Assembly (NCBI GenBank): GCA_964234715.1
Contig: OZ174280.1
Reading direction: 5' to 3' (one strand)
DNA from: Podarcis melisellensis
Lineage: Eukaryota
Length of the DNA stretch: 64,000 nt
Below are positions 1-11,360 of this stretch, in pieces. The notes under the pieces are model-generated. The model searched no databases, was not told the DNA's origin, and saw nothing but the letters and a program-made list of their open reading frames with translations. How positions within the stretch are numbered: the stretch's first letter is position 1; each line of letters begins with the position of its first letter. The translations under genes were made by a program, and so were the position numbers.

Positions 1-363
1 GGAAGTACTGAAGTTATGAACAGAAGATGCAAGGCAAATAAATCAAAGTTTATTCTGGTTCACCTCATCCTGGCTTTCACTGTGGAAAACCTCTGCTTTA
101 TTTGATTTTAACATAATCAATTGTTATACACCCCACATTTCCACTTACAGTGAGAGATTGCAGGAGAAGGCTACCCTGGTCTGGCTTTCTTTGGAGGAGA
201 AAGAGAGACTGTGTTTCTGTGATACTTGGTTCATAGGTGGAAGCAAGCAGTATGTACATTTCTACAAGGCAGCAGATTCACTCCCTCAATGATCTGCAGG
301 GAAAACCACAATGCACATCAAGATGCTCCCTGGCTTCATCACACAGGTCTCTGTGCTTCTGTA

Positions 364-698
364 AAGGTAAAGGGACCCCTGACTATTAGGTCCAGTTTTG
401 GCCGACTCTGGGGTTGCGGCGCTCAACTCGTTTTTTTGGCCAAGGGTGCCGGCGTACAGCTTCTGGGTCATGTGGCCAGCATGACTAAGCCGCTTCTGGC
501 GAACCAGAGCAGCGCACCTTCCCTCTGGAGCAGTACCTATTTATCTACTTGCACTTTGGTGTGCTTTTGAACTGCTAGGTTGGCAGGAGCAGGGACCGAG
601 CAACAGGAGCTCACCCCGTCACAGGGATTTGAACCGCCGACCTTCTGATTGGCAAGTCCTAGGCTCTGTGGTTTCACCCACAGCGCCACCCGTGTCCC
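364..698 (-). mobile_element. Sauria SINE (Squam1), near full length
   Basis: Minus strand starts GGGACACGGGTGGCGCTGTGGG with a tRNA-like B box (GGTTCAAATCC) and ends GGGGTCCCTTTACCTT (ACCTTT tail). Flanked by direct repeat TTCTGTA at 357-363 and 699-705. Confidence 0.93.
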
Positions 699-987
699 TT
701 CTGTACCTTCTGTGCCTCTGTTCAAAAACTGCATATTTTTGTTCCTTCACATAAACTGTATATTAAACCCCACTCCTTAGCTGGAGTTAGGCAAGGAAGG
801 GATGTGTCACCTTCAAGCACTACAGCAAAACATTTGAGAGTGTTTTGCGTATAAAGAAGCCAGCTTCTAACACCTAGCTCCTTTAAAGTGACATCCACTC
901 TGGGGTAATAGTCACCCTGGACCATTAACCAACCATCTGCCTGAAATCAAAGATCGGGGACTGAAGGGGGGGGAGTTAAATCCAGTA

Positions 988-1130
988 NNNNNNNNNNNNN
1001 NNNNNNNNNNNNNNNNNNNNNNNNNNNNNNNNNNNNNNNNNNNNNNNNNNNNNNNNNNNNNNNNNNNNNNNNNNNNNNNNNNNNNNNNNNNNNNNNNNNN
1101 NNNNNNNNNNNNNNNNNNNNNNNNNNNNNN
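988..1130. other. Assembly gap
   Basis: Run of N. Confidence 1.
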
Positions 1131-1754
1131 AAAACATTTATTTGGGAAGGCTGTATCTGAAAGCATGTTTCTCCTTTCAGCTTTGGTGTCAAATGAGATT
1201 GTCTGGACATTTTAAGGCTTGGGTTGCACAGAATCATTGGGTCCTTGAACCCTTTGACATCTCTCAAGGGATTTTATCCATCATGTAAGGTTGTATTTCA
1301 AAGTGCCTCTCTGTTATTTCCACCTGGATGCTTCAACATTGTTTCCAGCTCAATGTGTTCATGACCAAACTTCTCCGCTTGCTTGCCAAACCTACTTCTC
1401 ATACACTCACTCGTTGAGGCCACAGGCGAAAAGCTTTGGTTTTCTTTTTGACATTTCTTCCTTTTTGCCTCCCATATTCTGATTGGTACAAAATCATGTC
1501 ACTCCATCTTAATACTTCCTTGCCCATGATTTTCATTCATGCATTTTCAGTTTCTAAAGATCTTTCACCCACTGAATTTTCCTCTTCCTTTTCTCCCTTG
1601 TTTTCCCTTATTCCTAGCACTAGCTCCCATAAGGCCGTAGTTCTTCTTCAAAGCCCGACTCTCCTCTGAAGGCTTTTGCACAACACCTCACCCCCACCAC
1701 CTCCAGTAGTCTACTGAAACTATGTCTAGGTTCATGTAACTGAAATGATCACAT

Positions 1755-1985
1755 AGGGTTGTAGTCAATGTAGCACTACGGTTAAGGTTCTGTCAGTTAA
1801 AAAAATTCTCCTTGCGTGCTTGAATGATTTCCCCCTCTCCTCATTCCATCCACCCTTTAAATCTGTTCTGAGGGTTCCCCCAACTCTCCAGAGCAGATTT
1901 TGGGTTGATACAGGGGGCTCAAGAGGGAGGAGAAGAAGGAAGTCCCATTGTACTCACAGCAGTTCTTCTGTGCATGCAACTATTT
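1755..1985. repeat. Old palindromic interspersed repeat (MITE-like); related copies near 4322-4540 and 12745-12905
   Basis: Internal inverted repeat AAATCTGTTCTG...CAGAGCAGATTT and a shared AAGTCC(C)ATTG motif. Similar blocks recur at about 4.4 kb and 12.8 kb. Confidence 0.5.
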
Positions 1986-2168
1986 CCACTTTCCTGCATC
2001 TTCCTTTCCATGCCTCTTCACCCAGCAATATGCATTGATAAAAGAGTTTCATTTAAAATTAAGTGATCCAAATTCCTGAGGAAAAGCTGCCGAAGAGTTT
2101 CTATTTATCCTTCCCCTACACCAGAATATTTGGTAAACCATTTTGGCACCTACAAATCACATGGAGAA

Positions 2169-2893
2169 CATAGCTGTCAAGCGTCCCTTATTTGGAGGGA
2201 CAGTCCCTTATTCCAGCGCCATGTCCCGCTGCTGTCCCTGGGCTTTCTGCCTTTGGCTCAGAGGGGTTCAGAAGTTGAACATACCTGTGCTCTGTGCTGA
2301 GTGCTCGGATCGGAATTGGATGGATAAGTCATTGACGGCCCACAAACCCTTGCCTGCAAAAAGGTCTGTCTGGAGTGGGGGCACATGGTGGGGGGAAAGG
2401 AAAGGAGATCTCATGGGAGGGGGGCTTTTGAATTTGTTTTGGAGGCTCCTTCGATTGACTTATGGGGGGAAAGAAAGGAGCTGGTTGACTAAAATGGTGG
2501 GTGACTGACGATCTCGTGGCGAGGGGGGGAGGCTGTGTGTGTGTGGCTAGTTAATGCAAGCTGAGGAGGTTTTTGAATGCTGGACGCCATTTTGTTGCAC
2601 GTGCTGCTGCAAACTTTGCAGTGCAAAGCCAGGCCGGGGAGCCATCTTAAGTTGAGGCTACATAGGCCTTGTGATGCATGTGATTCAGATTCTATTCAGT
2701 TGAACCTCTGGTTACAAAGTTGGTTGGACAGTGTTCTCGAAGCTACCAGCATGAGTTTGACCTGACTGCAGGAGGACAGGAAGAATGGAGTGCCTGGAAC
2801 AGGTGAGGCTGCAGGTCCCTTATTTTGGCTGCTGATCCCTTATTTTCAAGGCTGCTGGTCCCTTATTTTCAAATCTGTAAGTTGACAGCTATG
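2169..2893. mobile_element. Non-autonomous TIR DNA transposon (hAT-Blackjack-like subterminal motifs) containing a Bov-B fragment
   Basis: Perfect 12-bp TIRs CATAGCTGTCAA (2169-2180) and TTGACAGCTATG (2882-2893). Flanks are CATGGAGAA and CATAGAGAA (9 bp, 1 mismatch). TCCCTTATT subterminal motifs repeat at both ends. Confidence 0.85.
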
Positions 2894-3566
2894 CATAGAG
2901 AATTTAGGAGGACATTTTTGTTATACCTTTTGATTGGTAGAATGCTGAGGGGTCAAACTCTTCCTACAGAGCTTAGCAATCCAGATTTCCATTCCACTCT
3001 GCGAGGACAAACCCTCAGCCTTCAAGCTGTTTTGTCCCTGTCCCATCTCTCCAAAATACAGTGTTGAAAACTGACAAAGGTAAGTTGTGACTGGAAGCAG
3101 CTGATATCAGATCTACAAATAGGGGTTTCCAGACCACATGGAGACAGTGGAAGTAAACTGCTGTTTGTTTGTGTTGTCTGTGTGACTTTGGCCTTCACAA
3201 AACCTAATGAACCAATGCTCGGAGCCCAAGGTAGAATGATGATGAAAAAGGCTAGCACTGACCTGTAGAGTCAGCCCAGAAAAATCCCCTCCAGCTATCT
3301 AACTGTCCTTAGCAAATGTAACCTCACTGCAAACCAGGGCTGATTAGCCGGGTTTTCTATATGTTAACACTTTCCTGGCTACTGAGAGCTGTGTGAGGCA
3401 GAAGGAAGCCCAGCCCTCAGTTTTAATGAGTCTCTGCTGTCCCGTGAGGGTTCAGAGTGGGCTACACATCACCATCTTTTAGTCAAGGTTGAGGAACAAA
3501 GGCCAGATTTACCAGGGACCGACTCCCTACAAGCTATTCCTGCCAAATTCTTGGTTAACATGCTTG

Positions 3567-3758
3567 GAGAAGGGCTGCAGCTCAGTGGTAGAGCATATGT
3601 TCTGCATGCTCAGAGTCTCAGGTTCAGTCACTGGCATCTCCAGGTGGAGCTCCTGCCTGAAAACATAGAGAACTGCTGCCAGTCACTATAGAAAATACTG
3701 AGTGAAATAGATCAATGGTCTGACTTGGTATAAGGCGGTTTCCTCAGGAGTGTTTCCT
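3567..3758 (+). mobile_element. tRNA-derived SINE with CR1-type tail (Squam2-like)
   Basis: A box GCAGCTCAGTGGTAGAGCA, B-box-like GGTTCAGTC and 3' GGTCTGACTTGGTATAAGGCGGTTTCCT. Homologous to the copy at 56282. Confidence 0.8.
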
Positions 3759-6700
3759 GAGGAAAACTGATAGAATTCTTATTGGTCTCCAGCCATGGGA
3801 TCATGAAGATGCCTCTGGTTTCCCATGTTGGAAATTTTAAATTTAAACACAAAAAAGTAGAAGAACCAGGATCTAGGGCACATTTTTTGAGGGGCATGAC
3901 CAGGTACCCCCATGACAGGCTCCTTCATTGGAGCCTGGTTCTGGCATGTGAGAGAGCTGTGGAGGCAACCTGCTTGTGTGACAGCCCAACATGCCAGCCA
4001 GTCACAGATCCACTCCCAGGTCAGGCCTGGCCCTGGTGCGGAAAGGAGGATAATTGGCACCAGATTCACTGCCCCTCTCCTCAGCTGGGCTGCAGTGTGC
4101 GAGTGCGCCCCCTATGCCACTTTGCCAGGTGATCCACAGTGAGCTCCCTCCACACCCTATCCCCCTTAGAGGCACACCAAGGCAGTGGTAGCATATGCTC
4201 CTCCACTGCCAATATCCTGGTTTCCAATATCTCCTGCTCCCACACCTCCCCAGCTGGTATCAAAGAAGACAACAAAAGCCACCTGTTATGAAACATCTAG
4301 AGTTCCAGGTACTGAATACATGGGGTTGAATTCAACATAATGAACCTTTGGTCTGCACAATTATTTCAGCTTGTCCGATGGAATGATCCCATGGGCACTG
4401 TTCTGAGGGTTCTCCCAGCCCACCAGAGTCTATTTCAGTGAGTACAAGGGCAGACAAGAGGGGCCAAAGGCCAGTTGTAGAAGCAGAAGTCCTTGCACAG
4501 CGCTTCTACTGGCAGGGCTCGTTAGGTTTATCCTGCCCTAGGTTCTTAATCCTTCATATTATTCTTTTTCCCCACATGAGACCTGATAGGAAAAGGATTT
4601 GTATGCAGATCATCCTTCTTGGATTAGGGTGAGTGATTTCTCTCCTTGTATAAGCCTTAGAGGAACTTTTAATCAGGGCAATAGCAAGCTCTTTATTTTA
4701 GCTATCTGTTTCTTTTATTTGTTTAGTTTGCCTAGAGGTGTAATGCACCATTAGATGTTGCTACTGTATTTCAACAATGTATCAAATGATTTTTTTCTCT
4801 CCCTACCAAACTGCTATATCATTTCTCACCAGTCTTACATTTTAAAATGGAAGAGCGGTGGATTCATTTTTGATGCCCCTTCTTATAATCAGTAGTGACA
4901 AACAGGTCATTAAAAAATTGCTTGCTGGACTGAATATCCTGTCATTTAGCACCATGCTTTGAAAAGAGAATATGAGGGTTCACAGAGATCATTAAAAGAA
5001 CTACCACATATTTCACACCTCAGTAAGAAACCAGGGGGAATAAGAATCAAGACTCTTCAGTTTCATAAATGCATAAGAGGCTTAGAAGGAAAGGAAGGTA
5101 TGAATAATGAAGAGTAGGGAAGGGGTTTTCAATAAAAAAAAAATACCAAAAAAATCCTTCCATATTATACAATATAATTATTTTAATCCTCTATAAAAGG
5201 TTTAAGGATTCATGGGACTAATAAATACACCAGGAATAGGATTTGAAGCAAACTCCCCCATGTGATCCAAAATCCTTTCAACCACCATTAACTTCAATAG
5301 CCTGTGTGATTCAGATCCCCAGAAGCACACAGCATATCTGTGCATGTTAACATGAGTCAGTGTAGTCACTTGAGTAAAATTAAAGTTAAACACAGTTGCC
5401 ACAATGAGCAAGAACAGCTGCAGCAATATGCCCACAGCCCATTCAAAATAACTAATATCCTGCCAATCAGCTGTGGAAGGAGGAGCAGGAAAGGCGAGGA
5501 ATTCGAACCCAACTCTTGAGCCCAGCTGATCAGAGGCATTTGTTCCATTTTGAAAGAGCTCTGCATGTGTTCCCCAAATTATCAATTGGGGGGTGAGCTG
5601 TTTGTTTGACCACGCAGAGGGCTCTTGCAGTTCCCCACCCAGCTAGAGATACACACACTGAATCCTGTTTTTGTACATATGGTTGGGGTGGACAAAATAT
5701 TGTTACAAAAGTTGGGCATCATCCCCACTCTCTGCTGAACATTTCCAAGATTCCATGGGGGTTCAAGACACTCACCCAAGGTCTATGCTCCCTTGAGAAT
5801 CAAGATATGGCGGAGGCTGTTGTATCTTTAAGAAATATTGTTTATTCACATATTTACACCTGAGTTTGCATGGAGGAAGTCCAGATCTTACAACATGCTC
5901 ATCTCAAGAGGGGCTTGTTCCCCACAGCAGTGCATTACTGAAGTCCAAGGCACGTCTCCCAGGCTCCCTTCAGCCAGCCTGCCCAAGATGGATCTGAGAT
6001 TTCTGGTTTTTGTTCTGTTCTCCAAGTACAGCTTCCTAAAGGCACTGTTTTCCTGTCACCTCACACCCAGTTACCCTGGCAACCTTCCAAATCCCCAGGC
6101 TCTGTTCAGGGCAGGGAGAGGACAGTTCTGTTGCATTGCCAATGGCCCTCAATGGCCTTATCTTGTTTCTTAATGCCCCAAGCTTGGCCAAGTCATCCTG
6201 CATAGGCTATCTCAGGAATTCCTCTGCAGGTTGTGTATTCCATTCATATCCCAAATAATCAAAATCTTATCATTTATTAGTTTCTAGGGCCCCCCGCCCC
6301 CCAGCAAACAATTTTCAGCATGTGATGCATTCCATGAAATACATGCTTTTTGTTGTGTTTGCTATCCAGCTTTTTTTGCTACCCAATTTTATCCAGTGCA
6401 TTGGATGAAAGCATGAAGCCTTTTAATTGTTCAGCACATCTATTTTTCACAGGTTTCTGTTTAAGGCCACCTCTTAATTGCACACACAAGAGCACTATTG
6501 CATCTTAAAGCAGACTAAATCAAAGAGGGTCACCAAAACAAAAGAAGCATTTAAAATACATATCTCCTGAAATACTTAAAAGTGAGTGAGTGAGAGAGAA
6601 AGAGAATACAAAGCAACAAAATTATTGTGAGCCATTGTCTATGAAACACACTAATTGCCTCAGTTCACGAATAGCAGAATAGCAATCTGTGCAATGAATT

Positions 6701-6916
6701 ATTTTAAGATGACTGCTAGCTTTGCCTGCCTGCTTTGCCAGAAAAATAACCTCCCATCCACCAACAGGTGAATACATCCATCTGAGGTTCCCTATACAAT
6801 CTTTAAAGTAATGATGTTGGACCCTAGGCAGCCCATAGAGCTGGTAGAGTGAAAAGCATTAGGCATAAGTCTGTGGCAACAGACTTGATAGGTAAGTGCT
6901 GACTCTTGCCCAGGCT

Positions 6917-7260
6917 AGGGAAGGGGGTGAAAGATGAATCAGGTCACATTTAAAGGTGGACTTACTTGATTTGCACTGTCTAAAATAATATGTGAACCTA
7001 ATCAACAATTATTCAAAATTCTCATTTCTCTGAATTTTGCACTACAGTTTCTATGCAATAATGTGTACAAAGGACAAAATGTTCATATAAATACAAATAT
7101 TAATGAAAATCACATGTAAAAATGTGTCATATTAGGGGAAATTGTTTTGCAGGCAGTATTGGGTACAAAAATGTGTCCATTAGAAGAAATTCACCCAAAA
7201 ATGCTCATGAAGACTCTTAAAAAGAAACCACAATTTGATGTGGAAATGTGGATAACTGTT
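6917..7260 (+). mobile_element. Degenerate non-autonomous DNA element, same family as 53343-53770
   Basis: Shares the blocks TTCAAAATTC.CA.TTCTCTG..TTTTGCA and GATGTGGAA.TGT with the 53.3 kb copy. Confidence 0.6.
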
Positions 7261-8094
7261 TGCCAGTTTATTGTTTAGTAAGAGTTATCTGAATCAATCA
7301 AAAGAGCCCATATTCACAACCACATCCTGAATTGGAGCTGTACCCTGCATTTTAGGCAACATCCCTACCTGTGATGAGAAGTAAAGACAGTCTCATGAGA
7401 GATTCCTGTTCAGAGCTCCATGTGCACTGAGCTTTAACATGTGAATTTAAACACTTCGCCCTTGACCTGCATCTGCAAAATGGGCTGGGGGAGGATCCAT
7501 TCACAGTGCTACCAAGCTTAGTAGTACTTACTCTAAACTAAGTGTATATGTTATACACATGGTATAGGACTGACCCCTACTACAACACAGGCAGATAATT
7601 TATTTCATCTAGGATAAATTCAAAATAGTCCTCCTACATTTATTCTTCTTTCAGATATGTTTTGCACCACCTATTTTCTGAAGTGTGGTTACCAGAACTA
7701 TATCCAACGTCCAGTCTTAGACACTTGAAAAGTAAGGTGTTAATATATGATGAACCAAAGCCTTCTCAGAAAATTTGGCTTGATAAGAAGCATTACGCAA
7801 ATAGTTGTTGGAAAAAAGCATTTTTATTGCACAGTCATATTTAGATGCTTAGGTCAATTTTAAAAGTTATGTCTAGATTCATCATCTATTGTAACATAAT
7901 ATTTTTTTAAACTCATATTGACTGGCCATGTAAATTATTAATTCATCACCATGGAACATAGCAGAAAAGGAAATAGTTCATATTCAACCATATTTTATGC
8001 AAAAAATTCTAATAGATATAATTAACACAATGTGTTCATACCAATGACTTGAAAAGTTGTAAAAATGCAACTGTATGTCAACCCCTGTATGTTG

Positions 8095-8793
8095 AACCCC
8101 TACATTTCCCACCCCGACCTGGCCACAGTGATCCATGCGACAGTCACCTCCAGGCTTGACTACTGTAATTCGCTCTACGTGGGGCTGCCCTTGAAGCTGT
8201 CCCAGAAACTCTAGTGGGTGCAGAATGCAGCAGCGAGGCTCCTCACAGGGTCTCTGCCATGGGAGCATATTCATCCAGTGCTTTCCCAGCTGCACTGGCT
8301 CCCGGTGGAGTACAGGGTCAGATTTAAGGTGCTTTGACCTTTAAAGCCCTTCAAGGCCTAGGACCCTCGTACCTACGGGACCGCCTCTCCCGGTATGCCC
8401 CACGGAGAGCCTCATGGTCCATAAATAGCAACACCCTAGTGGTCCTGGGCCCTAAGGAAGTTAGATTGGCTTCAACCAGAGCCAGGGCCTTTTCAACTCT
8501 GGCTCCGGTCTGGTGGAACGCTCTGCCTCATGAGACCAGGGCCCTGCAGGATCTGATTTCTTTCCGCAGGGTCTGTAAGACAGAGTTGTTCCGCCTCGCC
8601 TTTGGCTTGGAGCCAATTTGATTCCCTCCCCCTCTTTCTTTTTTCTTTTTCCTTTCTCCTCCTGCGATGAGGCTGCATTTTAATATTTTAATGTTTCAAT
8701 ATTTTAATTGTTGTATTTTAATCTTGTTTTTATTATTGCCCTGAGCCCGGCCTTGGCAGGGGAGGGCAGGGTATAAATAAAAAATATTATTAC
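8095..8793 (+). mobile_element. 5'-truncated L2 LINE (ORF2 C-terminus and 3' UTR), inactivated
   Basis: Encodes ...DLATVIHATVTSRLDYCNSLYVGLPL... and TFKALQGLGPSYLRDRLSRYAPRR...KTELFRLAFG, highly similar to the 62-64 kb ORF. Has an in-frame TAG and a frameshift, and ends in GCCCTGAGCCCGGCCTTGGCAGGGGAGGGC...AATAAA. Confidence 0.95.
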
Positions 8794-9822
8794 TCCCCTG
8801 CAATTATTGTTTCCTATGATCAGAGTTCTATTTATGTCAATGCACTATTATTCAAGAAAATGGGGTTATCTATTGTAACTGGCCTCTATAATTCTCAGAT
8901 AAGAAAAAGAATATGGAGTGAACAATTGTAGACAAGCTGAACTGTAGACTTTTTGTTCTGTTAAAGATGCTTTTCTAGCTTTGATTGCTCCTAAACAAAC
9001 AATTTAATTTAATGAATAAAGATGTGTGCAAAAGGAATAGTTTCTAAAGGGGGATGCTTCACATTCCTTTTAGATGATGTATGCTCTAGTATTCCCTAAG
9101 AGTGAATGGAATAATGAGCTTATACTCTCTTTAGACAGAATGCAGAAAGAACCTATTCCAGCTCATCCAGGTTCCAGAGTGGATTTCTGAAATCTATTCA
9201 GGATGCTGGAATCTCCTCCAAGCATAACATGTTTCTTTGTCAGCCATTCAGTGCATTGGAGGATCCAGAGCAGATGTAGGGATATCTAGCCTATCATAGC
9301 TCCTCTGGGCCAAATTAGGCATACTGTATTCTTCACCCATGCCCCAAAAACACCAGGGACTCCCAAACATGGGAAGAATGCAGGGAAGCCAAGCTGGTGT
9401 CTTCCAATTGTAATTGGACTCCAACTCCCATCAGCCCCAGTCAGCATGGCCAATGGTCAGGGATGGTGATGATTAACTGATTTACATGCCAGAATGGTCT
9501 CTAAGTGAGCTATTAGGAGTAATGGTACAACAAGCTATAGAGGGAGGACACAACACTGGCTACTGGTTGGGACATGGCTCAGAATGGCCTTGGTTGTTCT
9601 GTCCTCTGGCTAGGATGGCCCTGAAAAGATATTGGTGGTTTCCCCAACCCCCGGGGAAAGTAGCCTCATCCTTCTTAGAGTTTTCTTCCATGCATTCTGA
9701 GTTCTGAGTCATGACACCAAGCATCCACATCTCATACCGAACACAAAAACTATACTTTCCGACATACTTTGCGTGCTTGCCCAGGCCTTCTGCTGACAGG
9801 GCTCATGAGGTGAATCCCACCA

Positions 9823-10082
9823 AGTGTGGTGTAGTGGTTAAGAGCGGTGGACTCGTAATCTGGTGAACCGGGTTTGCTTCCCTGCTCCTCCACATGCAGC
9901 TGCTGGGTGACCTTGGGCCATTCACACTTCTCTGAAGTGTCTCACTCACCTCACAAAGTGTTTGTTGTGGGGGAGGAAGGGAAAAGGAGATTGTTAGTCG
10001 CTTTGAGACAACTTAGGGTAGTGATAAAGCGGGGTATCAAATTCATACTCCTCCTCATCTTCTTCTTCTTCTTCTCTTCTTC
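9823..10082 (+). mobile_element. Squam3-like CORE-SINE (MIR/Ther1-derived)
   Basis: tRNA head GTGTGGTGTAGTGGTTAAGAGC, CORE-like GCTGGGTGACCTTGGGC, L2-type 3' end and (CTT)n tail. Confidence 0.92.
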
Positions 10083-10499
10083 TACTCCTCTGGGAAATAA
10101 AGTTCTGCCAGGGTTTCCTGATCGCGTGAATCCTCCTGATCACATAATAGGTTGTGGCAGCGGTACTGGAGGGCTCCTCAGATGAACACTGGATAGGCTC
10201 CATTAAAACTGCCCACAATGTCCCACCGGAGGAGCACTGGAGAAGGGAGCCCAGGGCAGAACCATCAGCAGCGATGAGCCCCTCATCAGCTCCCTGGGGA
10301 TGTCACTTGCCGATGTTGTGCCTGGACAGGAAGAAATTTATACCAGAAGAAGGAAGATGCATCGGATGTTAATTCTACATGCTTCAAGAAAGAGTATATG
10401 CTGGATTCAGTACACTTTATATGCTGTTCCAGCTCTTACCCTTTCCCACTTCTTTGTCCCACATCCCCTGCTTTCTCTTAAATCAACTTCAAGTACATA

Positions 10500-11360
10500 T
10501 TCAGCAAGGTGTGGGCTGATCAGGAAGTCTGTTGATTTTGCTCCTTCAGAGTCAATCCATGCTGTCAGGCTGGCTCAGGATATGAGGGTTTCTCAAAAGT
10601 AAAATCAATCTAATGGGTCTTTTAGGGTGAATCATAGAGTGGATGTCTTGAGCTTTCAGATTTTGAAAGAGCAGACTGTTGTTGAAAAGAAAAAGGGAAC
10701 AAAAAATGCTGGCAATCTTTTTTATATTGCGTGGCCTGCTCAATCTGTATTCAGAGAGCTGTGAAATAAAGTGACTGCCAGCCCTAGCAGTCATTCCAAC
10801 ATAACCTGGCCTAGCCTAGCTCTTCAGGATGGTGCATTTAACCTAATCTAAGATTGCACTTGAGAGTAGTGCATTGCATAATGTAGAGCCAGACAGTCGA
10901 CAGCAGATGTAGTCAAATCTAAGGCCTATCCAGGACTCTTCTATTTCCACAGCCCACTCACACTGGAGATGCAATCTTGCTCCCTCTATTCCCCTCCTGT
11001 TGTAAAGATAAGTGACAGGATCGAGATACAGGCATGTGTCTTTGTGGAAACAAGGAGGGAAGATTTATGTCTTCTCTATCGAATCTATCCCAACCAGGGG
11101 GAAAAAATTCCAGGTCTGTAATGCTAACCTCGATTTTGCAATGAGGATTATAAACCTCTAAATTCACCATTCAGGTTCAGGAAGTATTAATGTTGAGACC
11201 ATCACTAATTCCAATGGGGGAACCTTTCTGGATGGAGCCTGAAGGCCTTGCATTAGCTATGCTTGATCTATAACGTAACTTCTCAAGTGGAATTCCTTGT
11301 ATGCAGTGGATGTTTCATGGCTGTATGAAAGTATCTGTCTGGAGATCTAAGATGTATATC
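10500..11360 (+). mobile_element. Highly degenerate DIRS-type (tyrosine recombinase) retrotransposon relic
   Basis: Broken motifs in DIRS order: *E*CIA (cf. RNase H WEWCIxH, about 10860), GDAILL/PSIPLL (cf. GDAF..FPPIPLL, about 10965-11000), and recombinase-like GLxNL, PQW and YAVDV (11140-11320). Confidence 0.45.

Noticed and set aside
3567-3650. tRNA-like A/B boxes (also at 9823, 48223, 50473 and 56282)
   Set aside because: These are SINE heads without a complete cloverleaf, not tRNA genes.
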